Source: an uncultured Clostridia bacterium
GTDB lineage: Bacteria; Bacillota; Clostridia; Christensenellales; Borkfalkiaceae
Assembly: GCA_944346655.1 (NCBI GenBank)
Contig: CALVMP010000001.1
Location: 2,599 to 66,598, forward strand
Direction: 5' to 3'
DNA: 64,000 nucleotides
Shown: positions 54,601 through 62,581 of the stretch, in pieces
Layout: every line of letters starts with the position of its first letter
Numbering within the stretch: position 1 is the stretch's first letter
Notes under the pieces: model-generated
What the model was told of the DNA's origin: nothing
The model's input: the letters and a program-made list of their open reading frames with translations, nothing else
Databases searched by the model: none
Position numbers and translations under genes: made by a program

Positions 54601-57251
54601 AGTGGATAAAACGCGCGTACGAGATAGAACAGGCGCGCAACAAAATTCTCGGCTTTACCAACCTCTCGTCGGCGTTCGTCGGCATCGGCGGCGGCATAAA
54701 CGACAGAAAGAGGGAGGAGTACATGCAGCCCATCTATGCCCTCCACCAGAGCTGCGCCTCGGTGTTCATGGACTACAACGGCGACGCCTTCAACAGCGTG
54801 TGCGCCAAGGCGGCGGACGGCTATTTAAAGCCCCTCTTAACCGGGCTCATAACTGCCGCAGTGTCCTTTATCAGGGCGTGCGACCACTTCAACGCCGTAA
54901 TCAAGTGCGATAAAAACCTCGTCGGAGACGACGACGTGTTCGACTACTACAACTCCAAGTGCTCGGCGCTCATCGACAATATCGACATGCTCCCTGCGTG
55001 GTGCATGTACAAGGCCACGGCAAAAAAGCTCAACGACTGCGGTCTTACCTTTATCACCGACGCCATGGAGTCGGGTCAGATCAGCGGCGAAAAAATCCTC
55101 TCCGCCTTCCGCAAAAACGTCTACCGCAACTTCATTCAGACCAACATACCCGCCGACGAAAATCTTTCGTCCTTCTCGGCGGCGCTGCTCGACGAAACCG
55201 CACGCAACTTTTCGCAGGTGCTGGACGAGTTCGCCCGTCTCACGCGCGAAAAGATACGCCACGACCTCATATCCCGTCTGCCCTCATCCTCGACGGAGGG
55301 GCCGCTCGCGCTCGAGCTCATGGCGTTCAACAGGCAGGTAAAGGGCAACATGCGCGGCTTCAACCTGCGCTCGATTTTTACCGACTTCCCCGAACTTCTG
55401 AAGGTCGTCGCGCCCTGCCTTTTAATGAGTCCTTCAACCGTGTCGCAGTATCTGCCCGCCGACCCCGAACTCTTCGACATCGTCATCTTCGACGAGGCGT
55501 CCCAGATGCCTACCTGCGAGGCGGTCCCCTCCTTAGCCCGCGCCAAGAGCGCCATAATCGTCGGCGACCCCAAGCAGATGCCGCCCACTTCCTTCTTCGT
55601 CACAATGGACACCGACGAGGAAAATCTCGAGGCGGAAGATCTCGAATCCGTCCTCGACGACTGTCTCGCCTTAGGCATTCCCGAAAAGCACTTAAACTGG
55701 CACTACCGCTCCAAGCACGAAAGCCTCATTGCCTTTTCGAATATCATGTACTATTCGTCCAGGCTGTGCACCTTCCCCTCGCCCGACGCCATGGACAGCC
55801 GCGTAAAACTGCACTTTGTCGAAGGCGGCGTGTACGAGCGCGGCGGCGCCAAGATAAACAAGCAGGAGGCGGAAGAACTCGTAAACGCCGTCATAGCGCG
55901 GCTCAAAGACCCTGCTCTTCGGCACTCGTCCTTAGGCGTTGTCACCTTCTCCACGCCCCAGCAGGTGTATATCGAAAAACTGCTCTCAAAGCGCATAACC
56001 GCCCTCGGGCTCGAGGAGGCGGCGTATGAAAGGGAGGAGCCGCTGTTTGTCAAAAACCTTGAAAACGTCCAGGGCGACGAAAGGGACGTAATAATGTTCT
56101 CCGTCTGCTACGGTCCCGACGCGGCTGGCAGAATTTCTTTAAACTTCGGACCTTTAAACCAGCTCGGCGGCTGGCGCCGTCTCAACGTCGCCGTCTCGAG
56201 GGCGAGGGAGGAGATGATAATTTTCTCTTCCATGCGCTATTCCATGATAGATCTCTCGCGCACAACTTCCCGCGGCGTGGCAGGTCTGAAGGCGTTCCTC
56301 GAATTTGCCGAAAAGGGCAGAACGACCATCGCCCAGCCCTCCGACGAGGTGATAATAAACCGCAACGGCATAGGGCGCTTTGTCGCGGCGGAACTCTCGC
56401 AGTACGGCTATGAATGCCGCACCGACGTAGGCGTCTCCGACTTCAAGATAGACGTCGCCGTCGTCGACCCCAAAAACAAGCACAACTTTATCCTCGCCAT
56501 TTTATGCGACGGCACGACCGACTTCTCCGTAAAGGACCGCTCGGTCATGCAGATTCAAACGTTAAAGCGCAACAACTGGAATGTAATAAGGCTGTACGCC
56601 ATAAATTTCTTCAACAATCCCAAGCGCGAAATAAAGAAGATAAAGGAATTCCTCGATAAACTCACCTCGACCGAAAAGGTGACTGCCACGGCTTACAAAA
56701 AGACCTACCGCGCGGCAAAGGTCGAGGAGTGCCCTCTCGATTCGGCTGCCGTCTTAAGCGGCGGGCACGACGGCGAAATCATAAAAATTATCCGCGCCGT
56801 AGTAACTGCCGAGGAGCCCATCTCTTCCGACTTCCTCATAAAGCGCACCCTATCGCTTTGCGGCATCACTAAGTACGGCACCAAGCTCGAAAACAAAATT
56901 GCTTCCCTCGCCGCGGCGTGCTCCTTCAAGAGCGTAAACATGCTGGATAAAACCTACTATTACAGGAACGAAAAGTACCTCTCCTACGACAGATACCGCG
57001 TCGAAAACGGCACCATGCTCCGCACCTCCGACAGCGACTTCACCCCGTGGGACGTAATATCGCTCGTAAAGGCGATTCTCCTCGACAAGGTCTCCATGTA
57101 TTCCGACGAACTCGTCGTGGCTGTCGTAAAGGGGCTGGGTCTCGTGCGCGTTTCGGACAAAATGACGGCTTTCGTAAACGCCTGCATAGACGAGGGCGTG
57201 AACACCGGGCTGTTTATCCGCTCCATATCCGACAGGATATCCTTAAGCTGA
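51618..57251 (+). CDS. giant DUF4011-type SF1 (Upf1/DNA2-like) helicase with Vsr/DUF559-like PD-(D/E)xK block and DUF3320-like tail
   Basis: DUF4011-type strings: NWERRLLDLSLKNNLLSFRFRK and TLFMAIGFLKWKE...YAPLVLLPV. Helicase motifs: GPPGTGKSQT, VIFDEASQMP, IVGDPKQMPPT, HYRSKHESLI, VQGDERDVIMFS and RLNVAVSRAREEM. Nuclease-like block: DFKIDVAVVD...ILAILCDG...NWNVIRLY. ATG 51618 follows AAAGG by 7 nt. Confidence 0.85.
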   Translation: MAANNKKTPRLDLIELEGELLNYVSYATYYNRIPLFTTLRVYNNGDEDVENVVIALSSDSSLVLPANVTLPLVPAHASTEVKSPALLNPKYLADLKEQEPAKVFVKVTCGKKEICSLETGLTALPMDMWSGILGSPEMLSTHVRPKLSDCQKVLAEAGLQLKTWGYSQEWSGYAGNDKNSVRAAFASVFSAIRNLNIERGEEGDLSLPVLVGNVAEIVGERTATPVGMAAFACSCLEAARLHPVIVLGKNKLGVGVWLYESCFTTTLQDDMSVIERYIADGVNNLAIVDVDDLFAHKNASFTTAASHFSSALAAGRFEALLDIKRCRIGGVFPMPIKVKAGASYEILGDKQFSYEERPKDIIDADKLNLGRAASKDKNWERRLLDLSLKNNLLSFRFRKDVIHLLTYDAAAFLERVKDREKLTIHANANPIEGALYFGGGAKLSTLAELINIELGQGIVRAYARTESLLESASTLIRKARSTQEEVGANTLFMAIGFLKWKEQSEREFKYAPLVLLPVTLKKTKTQGIEVELSDEFRVNTTLLEFLKVEFGIDIRGLESTDLTPSEVLAVFRAKTSNMKGWLVHDDIYIAQFTFARYAMWADIRANMPKYKNNALIASLLTNTNKLGENRLAGVNEDDGDPEEILTPLPCDSSQYAAISESAKGTTFVLHGPPGTGKSQTITNIIANAVDSGKRVLFVAEKQAALQVVKKRLDEIGIGEFCLELHSGKSAQKGEIVRSIESTLALKDDYSGGEKFSADAHKIVEDRARLKAPLSALHKKRRLGVSVYEGILYYLQNKNAPELVNIESTFYDGLTAKKLSEYESMLLTAQAAAKECGGVYRSPFSGVNIYICDEKVQASVLCAAEVVLAELKHLKNYLGLFLDTFNQKMSAFTPKKLENLVEICTVLKEDKLKNFFSCNEADFYVFFNANLRYDAEVRNWLTRFKSLPDLGKLADDIESEIENWGENYRSSRTLLAVIKRINRCARTPMAESEELEWIKRAYEIEQARNKILGFTNLSSAFVGIGGGINDRKREEYMQPIYALHQSCASVFMDYNGDAFNSVCAKAADGYLKPLLTGLITAAVSFIRACDHFNAVIKCDKNLVGDDDVFDYYNSKCSALIDNIDMLPAWCMYKATAKKLNDCGLTFITDAMESGQISGEKILSAFRKNVYRNFIQTNIPADENLSSFSAALLDETARNFSQVLDEFARLTREKIRHDLISRLPSSSTEGPLALELMAFNRQVKGNMRGFNLRSIFTDFPELLKVVAPCLLMSPSTVSQYLPADPELFDIVIFDEASQMPTCEAVPSLARAKSAIIVGDPKQMPPTSFFVTMDTDEENLEAEDLESVLDDCLALGIPEKHLNWHYRSKHESLIAFSNIMYYSSRLCTFPSPDAMDSRVKLHFVEGGVYERGGAKINKQEAEELVNAVIARLKDPALRHSSLGVVTFSTPQQVYIEKLLSKRITALGLEEAAYEREEPLFVKNLENVQGDERDVIMFSVCYGPDAAGRISLNFGPLNQLGGWRRLNVAVSRAREEMIIFSSMRYSMIDLSRTTSRGVAGLKAFLEFAEKGRTTIAQPSDEVIINRNGIGRFVAAELSQYGYECRTDVGVSDFKIDVAVVDPKNKHNFILAILCDGTTDFSVKDRSVMQIQTLKRNNWNVIRLYAINFFNNPKREIKKIKEFLDKLTSTEKVTATAYKKTYRAAKVEECPLDSAAVLSGGHDGEIIKIIRAVVTAEEPISSDFLIKRTLSLCGITKYGTKLENKIASLAAACSFKSVNMLDKTYYYRNEKYLSYDRYRVENGTMLRTSDSDFTPWDVISLVKAILLDKVSMYSDELVVAVVKGLGLVRVSDKMTAFVNACIDEGVNTGLFIRSISDRISLS

Positions 57252-57252
57252 C

Positions 57253-59325
57253 ATGAAGGGCAGGTTGTTCAACTTCAGGCTGCCCTTCTTTTCGGCGCTC
57301 AGTTTAACGGCGGGCATAGCGGCGGTCTATGCCTTTGCCCACTTTGGCTGGGACTTTTTCTATCTGCTTGCGGTCGTGCCATGCACAGCCGCAATTTTTA
57401 TATCGCTCTCGGTTCTGTCATGCAAAAAGGGCACGCTTTTAAAGTGCGCGCTTTTAGCCGCGTTTTTTGCGTTGGGCTGTATATATGCCTCGATCATCTT
57501 CAATAATCTCTCAATTCCTCCCGCCGTCTCTGGCAGGGTCGCCTCCGTTACGGGAGTGGTGGAGGACGTGCTCGTCACCTCCTCGGGCAGACCGTACGTA
57601 ATTCTCTCCTCAGCCGCGGCTGACGGCGTTCCCCTTGCGGGAAAGATAGCCGTCTATCTCTCCGACGAGGCGGGCGGAGCCCTCAGTCCCGGCTATAAGG
57701 TTTCTCTCTTCGGGTACGTCGGGCACTACGACCTGTTCTCTTACGGTTCCCTCAACTACCGCGTGATAAACGGCATTACCAACTATGCCGAAGCCTACGG
57801 TTCGGTCGAATTTGCCTACGGTTTTTCGCTCTTCGGCAGCGTGCGCAAAGCCGTTTACGATGTGCTTTACGCCAACCTCGACGGCGAGACGGCTGCCGTC
57901 GCCTATGCCATGATAACGGGCAGCACACAGGATGTCTCCGCGCAGACTTTAAACGCCTTCCGCTACGGCGGCGTCGCCCACATTTTCGCCGTCTCCGGGC
58001 TCAATATCACCGTTTTGTACGTTTCGGTGCTCTTTCTTTTACGCCTTTTCCGCATGCCCAAGGTTCCCGCGGCGGCAATCTCGTGTGCGGTTATAGCGTT
58101 TTATACGGGGCTGTGCGGCTTTACGCTCTCGGCGGTCAGGGCGGCTGTAATGTGCGGCGTCGCGGCAATCTCTTCGCTCGCGCGCAAAAAGTACGACGGA
58201 CTCAACTCGCTTTCCGTCGCCGTAATCATAATCCTGCTCGTAAATCCATTAAACCTCTTCGACGTCGGCTTCATTCTCTCCGTGTCGGCAATGCTCGGCA
58301 TAATCTTCCTTTCGCACAATCTCAACAACGTCTTAATAAAGCTGCCCGCCAAAATCCGTGCAAACATTACAATGTCGGTTGCCTCCCAAATCTCCACGCT
58401 GCCAGCGCTCATGCTCACCTTCGGTTACATCTCGGGCGCCGGGCTCATTCTCAATATCGCAGTACTGCCCGTGCTCACCTTTTTGTATGTCTTTCTCTTC
58501 GCCTGCGTCGTGCTCTGCCTCATAGTGCCGCCCCTTTCCTCAGTCGTTCTGCCCGTTGCCGCCCTGCCGTTGCAGGCTGTTGTAAACTTTTTTGTCTCCT
58601 GCGGGTTCGAACGCTCCCTCATCTCAGGCTTCGGCGGCGCGTGGCTGCCTTTCGTCCTCCTGCTGTTCGTCGCCGCATTGTCCGATAAATTCAACTTCAG
58701 CCGCTCCGTCCGCGGGGTTCTTGCTTTGATAAGCGTTTGCGCATTTGCTCTCGGTTGTTTTCTTTCGGGCTATATGCGCGGCGGGCGTACGCAGATAACC
58801 GCCGGCGGCTGCTACGGCGGCGGCATGGTGCTCTTCCGCTCGCAAACTGCAACTACGCTCGTCATCTCCTCCCAATCCTATCCCGGCGGCTCGGCTGATT
58901 TCGTCTCGGTCTACGCTCCGGAGGGGGTGGATAATCTGATTATTCTCGGCGGCGACGACGCCGTATCCTATTATTATTCTTGCGGAGTGGACGCGGAAAA
59001 TGTATACCTTTCTCCCGCGAACATAAACCTCGGCGGTGCGGACGGGGCAAACCTGTACTTTGAGCAAAATTTTGAATCGGGCGGCACATATTATGCGTTC
59101 AACGACTCTTATACTCTCACTGTACACACGGAGGGTGTCAGCGTATGCATATCGTTCGGCGACCGCAACGGGGCGGAGGGGTGCGACCTTCTTATAACCG
59201 ACGGCGCTCTCTGCCCCGCAAACACCGTCGTTTATTTCGGGGAGAGGGGAGGAGAGTTCAGCCTCTATGCCAAAGGACGCTTGCAATTTGCCGCCGAAGG
59301 TGGTAAACTTATACTCGAAGGATAA
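57253..59325 (+). CDS. comEC: ComEC/Rec2 family DNA internalisation channel protein (no recognisable metallo-beta-lactamase motif)
   Basis: Has an N-terminal OB-like region and the competence domain (GVAHIFAVSGLNITVLYV) with many TM helices. The C-terminal 200 aa lack HxHxDH. The ATG lies 1 nt after the upstream stop. Confidence 0.8.
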   Translation: MKGRLFNFRLPFFSALSLTAGIAAVYAFAHFGWDFFYLLAVVPCTAAIFISLSVLSCKKGTLLKCALLAAFFALGCIYASIIFNNLSIPPAVSGRVASVTGVVEDVLVTSSGRPYVILSSAAADGVPLAGKIAVYLSDEAGGALSPGYKVSLFGYVGHYDLFSYGSLNYRVINGITNYAEAYGSVEFAYGFSLFGSVRKAVYDVLYANLDGETAAVAYAMITGSTQDVSAQTLNAFRYGGVAHIFAVSGLNITVLYVSVLFLLRLFRMPKVPAAAISCAVIAFYTGLCGFTLSAVRAAVMCGVAAISSLARKKYDGLNSLSVAVIIILLVNPLNLFDVGFILSVSAMLGIIFLSHNLNNVLIKLPAKIRANITMSVASQISTLPALMLTFGYISGAGLILNIAVLPVLTFLYVFLFACVVLCLIVPPLSSVVLPVAALPLQAVVNFFVSCGFERSLISGFGGAWLPFVLLLFVAALSDKFNFSRSVRGVLALISVCAFALGCFLSGYMRGGRTQITAGGCYGGGMVLFRSQTATTLVISSQSYPGGSADFVSVYAPEGVDNLIILGGDDAVSYYYSCGVDAENVYLSPANINLGGADGANLYFEQNFESGGTYYAFNDSYTLTVHTEGVSVCISFGDRNGAEGCDLLITDGALCPANTVVYFGERGGEFSLYAKGRLQFAAEGGKLILEG

Positions 59326-59330
59326 AGGTC

Positions 59331-60302
59331 ATGAAATATACAGAACTCAAAGCCGACATTTCAAACGGCGACCGCCGCATATATCTCTTCGAGGGAGAGG
59401 ACGCGTATTTTTCCGAACACGGGGAAGAGCAGGTGAAAAACGCCTTTTTAAGCCTGCCCGAACTCAACTACGCCGCCTTCGACGGGGCTAATTTAAAGGG
59501 CGGTGCGCTCGCCTCCTTAACCTCCGCAATGTCCGCCTGTCCCTTTATGAGCGAAAAGCGCATAATAAGGGTGGGGGAGTTTTATCCCTCCGAGGCGGAC
59601 TACGAAAAATATTTAAAGACCGCCTTCGAAAACTGCCCCGACACCACAATACTCATAATCGTCAACCGCTCGGCGGGCAAGGGCGCACAGCTCAAGCGCA
59701 AAAAGTGCATAACGTACGTCGACTGTTCGCACGCCGACGAGGACACGGTCAACCGCTGGGTTTACGCCACGCTAAAAAGGGCGGGCGTCGCCTCCGACGC
59801 GCAGGCGTGCAGGCTGGTCGCGCAGTACTGCCTGTGCGACATGTCGAGGGTGGCAGGCGAAACGAATAAACTCATTCTCTCCAAAATCAACCCTGTAACC
59901 GTGCAGACCGTCGACGATATCGTCTACAAGGACGCCGACTACCGCATATACGAGATGACCGACGCCGTAGCCGTAAAAAATTATTCGCGCTTCATAACAA
60001 TACTTTCCGAGCTTTCGCAAAAGTCGGCAGAAAGACCCGCTCTCGTTTCGGCGCTCTACAGGTATTTTAAAAACCTGCTCATTATCCTTACCTCCGACGA
60101 GGACAGAGCTTCTCTCGCTTCAAAGCTCAAAATGCCCGAATTCGCCCTTAAGCGTTCTTACGAAAGGGCGCGTTCCTTCGGCAGGGACAGGCTGCTTGCC
60201 TATACTTCTGCGCTGTATAATTTTTCTGCGGACATGCGCTCGGGCAAGCTTTCGCCCGACGGAGCCTTTTTTTCGTCGCTCGCCGCCATTTTGTTTGCAT
60301 AA
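59331..60302 (+). CDS. holA: DNA polymerase III delta subunit
   Basis: Starts YLFEGEDAYF. Length is 323 aa. It sits immediately after comEC, the canonical position in Firmicutes. Confidence 0.7.
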   Translation: MKYTELKADISNGDRRIYLFEGEDAYFSEHGEEQVKNAFLSLPELNYAAFDGANLKGGALASLTSAMSACPFMSEKRIIRVGEFYPSEADYEKYLKTAFENCPDTTILIIVNRSAGKGAQLKRKKCITYVDCSHADEDTVNRWVYATLKRAGVASDAQACRLVAQYCLCDMSRVAGETNKLILSKINPVTVQTVDDIVYKDADYRIYEMTDAVAVKNYSRFITILSELSQKSAERPALVSALYRYFKNLLIILTSDEDRASLASKLKMPEFALKRSYERARSFGRDRLLAYTSALYNFSADMRSGKLSPDGAFFSSLAAILFA

Positions 60303-60406
60303 TTTTTAATTTTTGCCGTCAAAGCGGCGGTAAACGCTTTATTTTTTGCTGCGAAAATAATATAATAGTTTACAACACACTTTAATTTTAGCGGGGTGTA
60401 CAGATT

Positions 60407-61234
60407 ATGCGCTTGTTGCTTGCTGCCGAAGGCGGACTTTCGGCGGGTGAAAAAATTGTAAGAATGTGGGAGAACATGGACTGGACCTACGGCGTTCAGT
60501 TCGCGGCGTTCGCCGTGCTCTTCTACCTCGCCTTTAAAATACTCAAGGAAAACAAGGGCGGCAAATTCATTGCCATTCTGTGCGCCACGGTAATAGTTTT
60601 CGGCGTCGCCTGCTCTTTTTCAGAAAACATCAGCTCGCAGACCCTTCTCATTCTCATATTCATTGCCATAATCGTCGTCGTCACCATGTTCAACGTTGAA
60701 ATCAAAAGGGGCATGCTCGACAGCGGTTCAAAGCGCCGCGTCTCCCGCTCCGACCTCACCGTGGGTCATATCGAAAAGATAATTCAGGAGACCATCCGCG
60801 CCGTGCAGGATATGTCCAAAACCAACACGGGCGCCCTGATAGTTCTCTCGAACGAAAACCTTCCCGAGGGAATAATCTCTTCGGGCACGGTCGTAAACGC
60901 CGACATAACCGCACCCATGATAGAGGCGGTGTTCTACCCCAAAGCTCCCCTGCACGACGGAGCCATGATAATAGAGGGGGATAAGATACACGCCGCGGGC
61001 TGTTTTCTCCCCATAATACAGAACGACAATCTTCCGCAGGAGCTCGGCTCCCGCCACCGCGCGGCTCTCGGGGTAACCTCGGTTGCCTCCGTCACGGCGA
61101 TAGTCGTCTCCGAGGAGACGGGCATAATCTCCATCGTCAAAAACGGCGAGGTGCGCAAGCGATATGCCAGCGACATAGATTTAAAGAACGCACTCTCCCA
61201 GTACTACTGGTCCGACCTTACCGCCGAGGGCTGA
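60407..61234 (+). CDS. cdaA: diadenylate cyclase CdaA
   Basis: Three N-terminal TM helices and a DAC domain with LHDGAMII (DGA) and GSRHRAALG (RHR). The real start may be ATG 60464 or 60476 (GGGAGA lies 4 nt upstream of 60476). Confidence 0.85.
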   Translation: MRLLLAAEGGLSAGEKIVRMWENMDWTYGVQFAAFAVLFYLAFKILKENKGGKFIAILCATVIVFGVACSFSENISSQTLLILIFIAIIVVVTMFNVEIKRGMLDSGSKRRVSRSDLTVGHIEKIIQETIRAVQDMSKTNTGALIVLSNENLPEGIISSGTVVNADITAPMIEAVFYPKAPLHDGAMIIEGDKIHAAGCFLPIIQNDNLPQELGSRHRAALGVTSVASVTAIVVSEETGIISIVKNGEVRKRYASDIDLKNALSQYYWSDLTAEG

Positions 61235-61285
61235 GCGCGGCCGCCCGCCTTCGCCCCTTTATTTTAAACAAGGAGCACAGCTTCA

Positions 61286-61402
61286 ATGAAAAAATTCCAA
61301 AAGTTCTTAAAGGATGTCTTTACAAAAAATATCGACATAAAAATTCTCGCGCTCGTCATTGCGGCAATCGCCGTCTTATTCATAAACATTCCCAACATGT
61401 AA
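61286..61402 (+). CDS. 38-aa TM mini-ORF resembling only the N-terminal anchor of CdaR/YbbR (possible remnant)
   Basis: AAGGAG (61270-61275) lies 10 nt before the ATG. Translation: MKKFQKFLKDVFTKNIDIKILALVIAAIAVLFINIPNM. It occupies the cdaR position after cdaA. Confidence 0.45.
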   Translation: MKKFQKFLKDVFTKNIDIKILALVIAAIAVLFINIPNM

Positions 61403-61414
61403 AGGAAAAAATTT

Positions 61415-62578
61415 ATGGGCACAATCGCAATTCCACGCATACTTCTCCCCAAACATACCGACATGTCGGCATGGGCGGTAATCGCCTGCGACCAGTACAC
61501 CTCCGACGGCGAGTACTGGCGCAACCTCTGTTCCTTTGTCGGCAACAAGCCCTCGACGCTCAACCTCATCTATCCCGAAATTTATCTCGGTCACGACTCG
61601 GGCGCCCGCATTGAGCGCATCAACTCAACCATGCGCGAATATCTCGGGAGCGGAGTGTTCTATGAGTACGACGGCATGGTGCTTGTCGAACGCACCACAA
61701 GAAGCGGCATGCGCACAGGGCTCGTGCTCGCCGTCGATCTCGAGGACTACTCCTTCGAAGAGGGCGCAGACAGCCTCATCCGCTCCACCGAGGCGACCAT
61801 TTTAGAGCGCATACCTCCCCGCGTCGCAATCCGCAGGAACGCTTTAATAGAACTTCCGCATATAATGCTTTTATACGACGACGTGCAAAACGCCGTTCTC
61901 TCCTCCGTGGTGAGGGGCGAAACGCTCTACGACTTCGACCTCAACATGGGCGGCGGGCACGTCGCAGGCTATAAGGTTGAAAATTCCCAAAACGTCGCAA
62001 ACGTATTGACTTCCTTAAGACGGGAGGGCGGACCGCTCTTTTTAGTGGGCGACGGCAACCATTCTCTTGCCACGGCAAAGACCTGCTGGGAGGAGTTAAA
62101 AACCTCGCTCTCCTTTGCGGAGAGGCAAAACCACCCCGCGCGGTTCTGCCTTGTAGAGGTTGTAAACATTCACGACCCCGCCCTTAGGTTCGAACCCATT
62201 CACCGCTTTGTAAAAACGGATAAGCCCGACCTGTTTGTAAACGGTCTCGCCATCGGCGGAGAGGGCAAAGCCGTCGTCATGGTCTGCGACAGAAGGGGTG
62301 CAGTGCATTTCCCCACAGATATCCCCGCGGGCATACGTTCGCTCGACAGCTACATAGCTGACTTCATTGCTGCAAACGGCGGCGAAGTCGACTACATTCA
62401 CGGCAAAAACGAACTTTTACAGCTTTCGCAAAAGGGAGTGGGCATAGCCCTCCCCGGCATAAAAAAGAGCGAACTTTTCAACCTCGTCGTCACGGGCGGC
62501 AACCTGCCCAGAAAGACCTTCTCCATGGGCGACGGCAACGAAAAGAGATACTATATAGAAGCAAAGGCAATCAGATAA
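61415..62578 (+). CDS. DUF1015 family protein
   Basis: Length is 387 aa. Contains VIACDQYTSD, VGDGNHSLATAK and FEPIHRF, as I remember for DUF1015. Confidence 0.65.
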   Translation: MGTIAIPRILLPKHTDMSAWAVIACDQYTSDGEYWRNLCSFVGNKPSTLNLIYPEIYLGHDSGARIERINSTMREYLGSGVFYEYDGMVLVERTTRSGMRTGLVLAVDLEDYSFEEGADSLIRSTEATILERIPPRVAIRRNALIELPHIMLLYDDVQNAVLSSVVRGETLYDFDLNMGGGHVAGYKVENSQNVANVLTSLRREGGPLFLVGDGNHSLATAKTCWEELKTSLSFAERQNHPARFCLVEVVNIHDPALRFEPIHRFVKTDKPDLFVNGLAIGGEGKAVVMVCDRRGAVHFPTDIPAGIRSLDSYIADFIAANGGEVDYIHGKNELLQLSQKGVGIALPGIKKSELFNLVVTGGNLPRKTFSMGDGNEKRYYIEAKAIR

Positions 62579-62581
62579 ATT

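Noticed and set aside
54959-56029. 356-aa plus-strand ORF in an alternative frame of the giant helicase gene.
   Set aside because: It is extremely Arg/Pro/His-rich. It lies out of frame inside a region where the main frame carries conserved helicase motifs.
58624-59286. 220-aa minus-strand ORF.
   Set aside because: It is antisense to comEC and is a shadow ORF.
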